Shown here: piece by piece, positions 58,285-64,000 of the stretch
How positions within the stretch are numbered: the stretch's first letter is position 1
Layout of the letters: the number at the start of each line of letters is the position of its first letter
Assembly (NCBI GenBank): GCA_964398665.1
Contig: CAYNNN010000002.1
Span: forward strand, 929-64,928
DNA length: 64,000 nucleotides
Reading direction: 5' to 3'
Origin: an uncultured Gammaproteobacteria bacterium
Lineage (GTDB): Bacteria > Pseudomonadota > Gammaproteobacteria > CAYNNN01
Translations under genes and position numbers: made by a program
The notes under the pieces: generated by a model
The model's input: the letters and a program-made list of their open reading frames with translations, nothing else
What the model was told of the DNA's origin: nothing
Database searches by the model: none

Positions 58285-61200
58285 CAGTGGGCTGTAGCTG
58301 GCGCAGCAGGTCTTCAAGCACCTGACAGCGTAACCGGGGGTCGCTCAAGTCCCGATTGACGCGCAATTTGTCCTGGCCATCCAGTTGGTACACCTTGGGC
58401 TGCTGGCGGACCAACTGCAGCAGGGCCGCAATATTGATCCGGGGCTGGGAAACAAAATGCAGCCGCAAGCCCGTGCGCTGACCGTCCACCCGCCGTAACC
58501 CCAGCGCCTGGGCCTGGAGTTTGATCCGGGCGATGCGAAACAGATTCCGGGCGGCGTCAGGCAGCGGCCCGAAACGATCGATGATTTCGGCATACAGTTG
58601 CTCCAGTGTGGCGGCGTCTTCGGCACTGGCCAGGCGCTTGTATAGCACCAGCCGGGTCTGGATATCGGGCAGGTAGTCATCTGGAAACAAGGCTGGGATG
58701 CGCAATTCCACTTCTACCCCGGTAGCAACAGGCTCAGCGTCAAGATCCAGCATCCTGCCGGCTTTCAGCAACTTGACCGCCTGCTCCAGCAACTCGGTGT
58801 ACAAGGTCAGACCCACCTCCTGCATCTGACCGCTTTGATCCTCGCCCAACAGCTCCCCGGCGCCCCGGATTTCCAGATCTTGCGTAGCCAGCAAAAAACC
58901 CGCGCCCAAATCTTCCATCTGGGTGATGGCCTCGAGCCGCTTGGCTGCATCCCCCTGTAGGTGCTGGCGGTTGGGTACCAGCAGGTAGGCATACGCCTGA
59001 TGATGCGAGCGACCTACCCGACCCCGCAGCTGGTGCAGTTGTGCCAGCCCGAGTTTGTCGGCGCGGTCGATGATGATCGTATTGGCATTGGGCACATCAA
59101 TGCCACTCTCAATGATGGTGGAACACACCAGGACCTGGCAGCGCCGATGATAGAAATCCAGCATCACCTGTTCCAGCTCTCGCTCCCGCATCTGGCCATG
59201 CGCCACCTGCACCCGCGCAAAGGGCAATAGCGCCTGAAGCTTTTCAGCGGCGTCGTGGATGGTACCAACTTCATTGTGCAGGTAGTACACCTGCCCGCCC
59301 CGCTTCAGTTCCCGCAAGGCCGCTTCCTGAATCAGTGCTGGATCATGGTTCAACAAAAAGGTCTTGATCGAATGCCGCCGGGCCGGGGGCGTGGCAATGA
59401 CGGATAAATCCCGCAGGCCCGCCAGAGCCATGTTCAGGGTGCGCGGAATCGGCGTTGCCGTCAGCGTCAGCAAATCCACTTCGGCACGCAAGGTTTTCAG
59501 GCGCTCCTTATCCCGCACCCCGAAGCGGTGCTCTTCATCCACAATCACCAGCCCCAGGCGCTTCATGCGGACGTCGGGTTGAAGCAATTTGTGGGTACCA
59601 ATCACGATATCCACCGACCCGCTGGCCAAATCTTCCAGCAGGGCAGTCTGTTCCGCCTTGCGATTGAAGCGGGATAACACCGCGATCCTGACGGGCCAGT
59701 CGGCAAACCGATCCCGGAAGGTCTGGAAATGCTGCTGCGCCAGCAGGGTAGTCGGCGCCAGCACCGCCACCTGCCTGGCATTTTGCACCGCAATAAAGGC
59801 TGCCCGCAGCGCCACTTCGGTTTTACCAAAGCCCACATCGCCGCACACCACCCGATCCATCGGTACCGGGCCACACAAATCAGCCTGCACCTGCGCGATG
59901 GCAGTAGCCTGATCCGGGGTTTCCTCAAAGGGAAAAGCGGCGCAAAAAGCCGTGAAATCGCTTTGATGCAAGCAGTGGCGCGTCCCCTGCCAGGCCGCAC
60001 GCCGGGCCTGAAGTTGCAGCAATTCTGCGGCCACATCCCGCACTTTTTCCAGGGCCCGGCGTCGCGCCCGTTGCCACTGCTCACCACCCAGCTTGTGCAG
60101 GGGTGCTGCTTCCGGCGCTGCACCGCTGTAACGGCTGATCAAGTGCAGCGCGCTGACCGGGACATAGAGTTTGTCGGAACCGGCATAGCCCACGGCAAGA
60201 AACTCACCCTCCAGACCGTCTATGGTAAGCTTTTCCAGGCCCAGATAACGCCCGACCCCATGCTGGCTATGCACTACCGGGGCGCCGACCTGCAACTCGA
60301 CCAGATCCCGCAGCAAACTGGCCGGGTCACGGGCCGCCTTGCGCCGACGCCGTTGCAACACACGCTGGCCAGCCAACTGGGCTTCCGTCACCAGCGCCAG
60401 AGACGGCTGCTGGGCAAATTCGGTCAGCAGCAGGCCCCGTTCCAGGGGAGCCACCCCTAATCCCAACTGGATAGGATTCTTTACAAATTCAGTCCACTGG
60501 GTGACGCCCTGTGGCGCCAGGCCCAGAGCCTGCAGGCGTTGCAAGGCGGCTTCCCGCTGGCCCGGCGATTCTGCCGTCAGCAAGACCCGGCCCGGAAATT
60601 GCGCGCAAAATTCCGGCAGCGCCTCCAGCGTCTGGGGCAGGTTCTGAACCGGCCGGGCAAAAGACAGGCCCGGCACGGATTCGGGCGGAGCGCCCAGCAG
60701 GATGCTGCGCGCCTGCTGCAAGGTTTGCTGCAACTCCATCGGCGCCAGATACAGCTGTTCTGGCGGCAAAGGGGGGCGCTGCACGTCACCCAGACGTTGC
60801 TGGTAACGCTGCTGGATGGCTGCCCAGAGCGTTTCGGCCTGCGCCAGCGCATCAGCCTGATAAATAAACAGAGTATTGCTAGGCAAATACGCAAAGAACG
60901 GCGCCGTAGGCTCCTCAAAAAATAGCGGCAGGTAATATTCTGCCCCGGGTACAGCCTGGCCCTGCGCGAGGTCGCGGGCTAGCAAGCAGGTGCTGCTACC
61001 CCCAAAATATTCGGCAAAATGACTGCTGAAGCGCCGTAAGCTGGCTTTATCCAGCGGAAACTCATGAGCAGGCAACAGGCGTATGGCCTGGAGTGTAGTT
61101 TGAGAGCGCTGATTTTCCACGCTAAAGGTGCGTAGACTGTCCAGCGTGTCATCCAGCCATTCCAGACGATATGCCTGATTACTCCCCATCGGATAAAGGT

Positions 61201-61720
61201 CAAGCAAGCTGCCCCGCACGGCAAATTCACCGTGCGCCTGCACCTGACGCACCGCATGGTAACCCGCCTGTTCCAGTTGCTGGCAAAACTGCGTCTGCTC
61301 CAGCACCTGCCCCACGCGCAACAGCAGGGCACGGCCCAGGTAACTGCGCGGGGGCAGGCGTTGCAAGGCCGTAGCCAGGGGCACGATCACGATGCCCGTG
61401 CGCAGCTGGGGAAGCTCGTACAAAGTTGCCAGCCGCTGTGAAATCAGCTCGGGCAACGGGGAGAAATGGTCATAGGGCAGCGTTTCGGCATCGGGAAACA
61501 GCAGCACCGGAAACTGACCAGCAGCAAAAAACCGCAGTTCCTGCTCCAGCAGGAACGCCTGGTTCATATCGGTCGTGAGCAGCACACAGGGCGCCTGGGC
61601 CTTGCTCACGGCCTGAGCCAGCGCCAGACCCTCGGCCGCATCGTGTAAGCCCTGCCATGCCAGGCGGCTACCGGGCGCAGGTAGAGGGGGATTCAGGGGA
61701 TGAACAGCGTTTTTATCCAT
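58277..61720 (-). CDS. mfd: Transcription-repair coupling factor
   Basis: UvrB-homology N-domain, RNAP-interacting domain, DEAH/SF2 translocase motifs (VCGDVGFGKTEVALRAAF ... VIVDEEHRFGV) and TRG motif. Start trimmed to the ATG at 61720. Confidence 0.95.
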   Translation of the reverse strand: MDKNAVHPLNPPLPAPGSRLAWQGLHDAAEGLALAQAVSKAQAPCVLLTTDMNQAFLLEQELRFFAAGQFPVLLFPDAETLPYDHFSPLPELISQRLATLYELPQLRTGIVIVPLATALQRLPPRSYLGRALLLRVGQVLEQTQFCQQLEQAGYHAVRQVQAHGEFAVRGSLLDLYPMGSNQAYRLEWLDDTLDSLRTFSVENQRSQTTLQAIRLLPAHEFPLDKASLRRFSSHFAEYFGGSSTCLLARDLAQGQAVPGAEYYLPLFFEEPTAPFFAYLPSNTLFIYQADALAQAETLWAAIQQRYQQRLGDVQRPPLPPEQLYLAPMELQQTLQQARSILLGAPPESVPGLSFARPVQNLPQTLEALPEFCAQFPGRVLLTAESPGQREAALQRLQALGLAPQGVTQWTEFVKNPIQLGLGVAPLERGLLLTEFAQQPSLALVTEAQLAGQRVLQRRRRKAARDPASLLRDLVELQVGAPVVHSQHGVGRYLGLEKLTIDGLEGEFLAVGYAGSDKLYVPVSALHLISRYSGAAPEAAPLHKLGGEQWQRARRRALEKVRDVAAELLQLQARRAAWQGTRHCLHQSDFTAFCAAFPFEETPDQATAIAQVQADLCGPVPMDRVVCGDVGFGKTEVALRAAFIAVQNARQVAVLAPTTLLAQQHFQTFRDRFADWPVRIAVLSRFNRKAEQTALLEDLASGSVDIVIGTHKLLQPDVRMKRLGLVIVDEEHRFGVRDKERLKTLRAEVDLLTLTATPIPRTLNMALAGLRDLSVIATPPARRHSIKTFLLNHDPALIQEAALRELKRGGQVYYLHNEVGTIHDAAEKLQALLPFARVQVAHGQMRERELEQVMLDFYHRRCQVLVCSTIIESGIDVPNANTIIIDRADKLGLAQLHQLRGRVGRSHHQAYAYLLVPNRQHLQGDAAKRLEAITQMEDLGAGFLLATQDLEIRGAGELLGEDQSGQMQEVGLTLYTELLEQAVKLLKAGRMLDLDAEPVATGVEVELRIPALFPDDYLPDIQTRLVLYKRLASAEDAATLEQLYAEIIDRFGPLPDAARNLFRIARIKLQAQALGLRRVDGQRTGLRLHFVSQPRINIAALLQLVRQQPKVYQLDGQDKLRVNRDLSDPRLRCQVLEDLLRQLQPTDV

Positions 61721-61749
61721 GCAAACAAGGTCAAAAAGGTTGACAGCAC

Positions 61750-62649
61750 TCACCCGGTGTTGGCCACACCGTGGGGAACGTGTGCGGTTGCGACATGGGG
61801 CTGGGCATTCTGACAATGCCGTTGCTGGTCGTCAAAGAAAATATCGGCACCAAAGGCTTTCAAAAATGCAGCCTTCTCCAGCCCACCCAGAAAAAATGCT
61901 TCGTCAATCCGGATATTCCAGGCACGCAAGGTCCGCACCACCCGCTCATGAGCCGGCGCACCCCGTGCCGTCACCAGCGCAGTACGAATGGGTGATTGCT
62001 CAGCTGGGAACAGGGCTTGGATCCGGTGCAAAGCGGCCAGAAAATCCTTGAAAGGCCCCCCGGATAGCGGCACTTTGGCCTCGCTGACTTCATGTTCGGT
62101 AAAGGCCTGTAAACCTTGCGTCTGGTAAATCCGCTCTGCTTCGTCGGAAAACAGTACGGCATCGCCGTCAAAGGCGATCCGCAACTGGGTGCCCGGATTG
62201 GACACCGCAGGAGAGGGTAGGATCGTTGCAGCCGCGTAGCCATCGGCCAGCGCCTTTTTGACATCTTCGGGGTTGGAGGATAAAAACAGATGGGCCCCAA
62301 AGGCGGATACATAGGGCGAAAGGCTGGCCCCACCGGTGAACACCGCCCGACTGATGCGCAATTGATGTTGCTGGATGGAACGAAACACCCGCAAGCCCGT
62401 GTCAGCGCTGTTGCGTGACAGCAGGATGACCTCGACCACGGGCTGCCCCGGAACCACCGCATTCAGAGCCAGGAGCTTCTTCACCAGCGGGAACGCCACT
62501 CCCGGCTCGATCAGATCTTCCTCATGCTCGATCTGATAACGGTAATAGGCTTCAATACCCTGTTCTTCAAAAACGCCATGCGCAGCATCCAGATTGAACA
62601 GGGTGCGGGAGGAAATCGCCAGCACCAGCTGCGCAGCCTGCTGCGACAC
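61750..62649 (-). CDS. 5'-nucleotidase-like protein (Pfam 5-nucleotidase, PF06189-type), tentative
   Basis: Overall resemblance to the bacterial cytosolic 5'-nucleotidase family (LFNLDAAHGVFEE ... ARGAPAHERVVRTLRAWNIRIDEAFFLGG). Confidence 0.45.
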   Translation of the reverse strand: MSQQAAQLVLAISSRTLFNLDAAHGVFEEQGIEAYYRYQIEHEEDLIEPGVAFPLVKKLLALNAVVPGQPVVEVILLSRNSADTGLRVFRSIQQHQLRISRAVFTGGASLSPYVSAFGAHLFLSSNPEDVKKALADGYAAATILPSPAVSNPGTQLRIAFDGDAVLFSDEAERIYQTQGLQAFTEHEVSEAKVPLSGGPFKDFLAALHRIQALFPAEQSPIRTALVTARGAPAHERVVRTLRAWNIRIDEAFFLGGLEKAAFLKAFGADIFFDDQQRHCQNAQPHVATAHVPHGVANTG

Positions 62650-62660
62650 GGTACATCAGC

Positions 62661-63239
62661 CTAAAAACTGCCCTTGGCGCCCCGGGCCATGATGTCCAGG
62701 ATGGTCTCCCTGACCTTCAGGGCTTCTTTTTTCAAATCTTCCGGCAGCGGTGCGCCTCCATAAATCATCATGTCCATGTTCAGGGTCAGCAACCAGAGCT
62801 TGCCTTTTTTATCTTCGACCAGCGCAACCCGGCACGGCAGGTAGGCACCGAAGGCATCGCTGTAATCCAGCATGTGGGCGGCAATCAGGGAATTACAGAA
62901 CATGAAAATCTTGGCATAGCGATAAGGCTTGCCGGTTTTGGCCTCAATGTCCTTATACAAGGGCAATTCGCCGACAGACGAGATATTATGCTCATTTGCA
63001 ACAAATTTCATTGTCTCTTCAACAGTTTCTGCGCTCACGCCCTCATCAACAGCCTGGCGCCAGATGGTTGCCTCCGCACCGTTGCGGGTTTCCATGAGTT
63101 TTTGGCCCAGTTCCTGGTACGTAACAAGGGCCATCGGATCAAATTGCCCGGCCACCTGCTGAAATTGGTAATAGCCCAAGCCACCGGCAATCAGGGCCAG
63201 CAGACCGATAAGTGCCAGAAGATTGCGTAATAAACCCAT
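62661..63239 (-). CDS. DUF302-domain protein with N-terminal TM anchor
   Basis: N-terminal TM LLALIGLLALIAGGLGYY, then a DUF302-like core (CNSLIAAHMLDYSDAFGAYLPCRVALVEDKKGKLWL). Start trimmed to the ATG at 63239. Confidence 0.5.
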   Translation of the reverse strand: MGLLRNLLALIGLLALIAGGLGYYQFQQVAGQFDPMALVTYQELGQKLMETRNGAEATIWRQAVDEGVSAETVEETMKFVANEHNISSVGELPLYKDIEAKTGKPYRYAKIFMFCNSLIAAHMLDYSDAFGAYLPCRVALVEDKKGKLWLLTLNMDMMIYGGAPLPEDLKKEALKVRETILDIMARGAKGSF

Positions 63240-63241
63240 CG

Positions 63242-63733
63242 TTAATTGTCCTGTTTGTTGCTTGTAGGTAATTGACAAAACAAATCGCTGGCCTGATTCT
63301 GGCGCAACCACTGGGATAAATTCAGGAATGTCAGCAAATCCCAGGCCTTTTGCTGTTGCTGCTGCCGATACAGGCGGCTGGCAGCTTCAAAATAAACGGC
63401 AAAGGCAGCCTCCTGTTTACCCTGCTGCCAATAGACATTGCCCAGCTCACCTACCAGATCGGGATTATCCGGGTACTGGCGTGCCAGCGTCTGATACAGG
63501 CGTTCGGCCTCATCCAGCCGCCCTTGCCAATAAGCCTGCCGAGCCGTCTGAATATCCAGCACGCTGCTGACTGCCAATGCCGGAACCGGTGGGGCCGCTT
63601 CCTGGGAAATCGCGCCCCCTGTGGCGTAGGCAAACAGCAGCAGGGCCGCCAGCCAGCCGCAGCGCGCCTGATTACACCAGGCGGGGATATAAGCTTGCAG
63701 CCAAGGCGGTAAATTCCCAAGCAGCTTTTCCAT
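63242..63733 (-). CDS. TPR-repeat protein (start uncertain)
   Basis: TPR-like helices (AYWQGRLDEAERLYQTLARQYPDNPDLVGELGNVYWQQGKQEAAFAVYFEA). Start at MEKLL is a guess and overlaps the upstream ParA-like ORF by ~60 nt. Confidence 0.4.
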   Translation of the reverse strand: MEKLLGNLPPWLQAYIPAWCNQARCGWLAALLLFAYATGGAISQEAAPPVPALAVSSVLDIQTARQAYWQGRLDEAERLYQTLARQYPDNPDLVGELGNVYWQQGKQEAAFAVYFEAASRLYRQQQQQKAWDLLTFLNLSQWLRQNQASDLFCQLPTSNKQDN

Positions 63734-64000
63734 GGGGCTCCAGTTCAAAAACAGCCAGACCTTCACTGAACGAACGCCGGAAAGCCGTACGCAAGCCCAA
63801 CCGACGTTTGATAAATTTTGCTTGTGGCAAGGTGACCAGCGCCGCCGCCGTTTCAGCAGTCTCACGCACGGTCGGCTGAGTATCAGCCCGGTTGATAAAT
63901 ACCAGAATTTCCGGCATCGTTGTAGTACTTTCACGGATCAGCCGGATAAAACGCTGCGTGGACCACAGATCCGCCTGGCTGGGTGGTACGGGCACAATCA
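63672..64000 (-). CDS. ParA/MinD-like ATPase, C-terminal portion only (gene continues beyond window end)
   Basis: ILVFINRADTQPTVRETAETAAALVTLPQAKFIKRRLGLRTAFRRSFSEGLAVFELEPHGKAAWEFTALAASL is collinear with the ParA/Soj C-terminus. Confidence 0.35.
   Translation of the reverse strand, partial: IVPVPPSQADLWSTQRFIRLIRESTTTMPEILVFINRADTQPTVRETAETAAALVTLPQAKFIKRRLGLRTAFRRSFSEGLAVFELEPHGKAAWEFTALAASLYPRLV

Overview
High-GC proteobacterial chromosomal window, mostly core genes plus one accessory locus. Working left to right: a 5'-truncated GT2 glycosyltransferase and fnr; a glycine-cleavage operon gcvT-gcvH-gcvPA-tpx-gcvPB-dgkA; a PfkB kinase; a CNNM/CorC transporter; a BtaA-like DUF3419 protein; a Cys-paired FG-GAP propeller protein and an ABC exporter; a periplasmic DsrE-like protein and a GalT-like HIT protein; gcvR, bcp, pyrD and trmL; the conserved minus-strand block gyrA-serC-serA-pheA-hisC-tyrA; a NadD-like/nicotinamidase-like pair; an M61 peptidase; a PAS-GGDEF-EAL sensor; fabI; an HNH protein, an SDR and a cyclase-family protein; and a pilG-pilH-pilI-pilJ-chpA-chpC chemosensory cluster with a 2,537-aa ChpA. 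A tRNA-Val(CAC) follows, and after it sits the most interesting region. It is a chain of genes whose stop and start codons overlap (ATGA/TAATG overlaps, except one 1-nt gap): DUF218 - GT4 glycosyltransferase - WecA-type phosphotransferase - S26-like peptidase fold with Cys replacing the catalytic Ser - HprK-related kinase - PqqD-like RRE - radical SAM/SPASM. This looks like a peptide-modification cassette of the 'HPr-related kinase/PqqD/rSAM' type fused to a glycan-assembly operon, and no precursor peptide is recognisable. The window ends with mfd, a 5'-nucleotidase-like gene, DUF302, a TPR protein and a partial ParA-like gene. No IS elements, integrases or CRISPR arrays were seen. All calls rest on reading the supplied six-frame translations and the DNA; no searches or computations were run.
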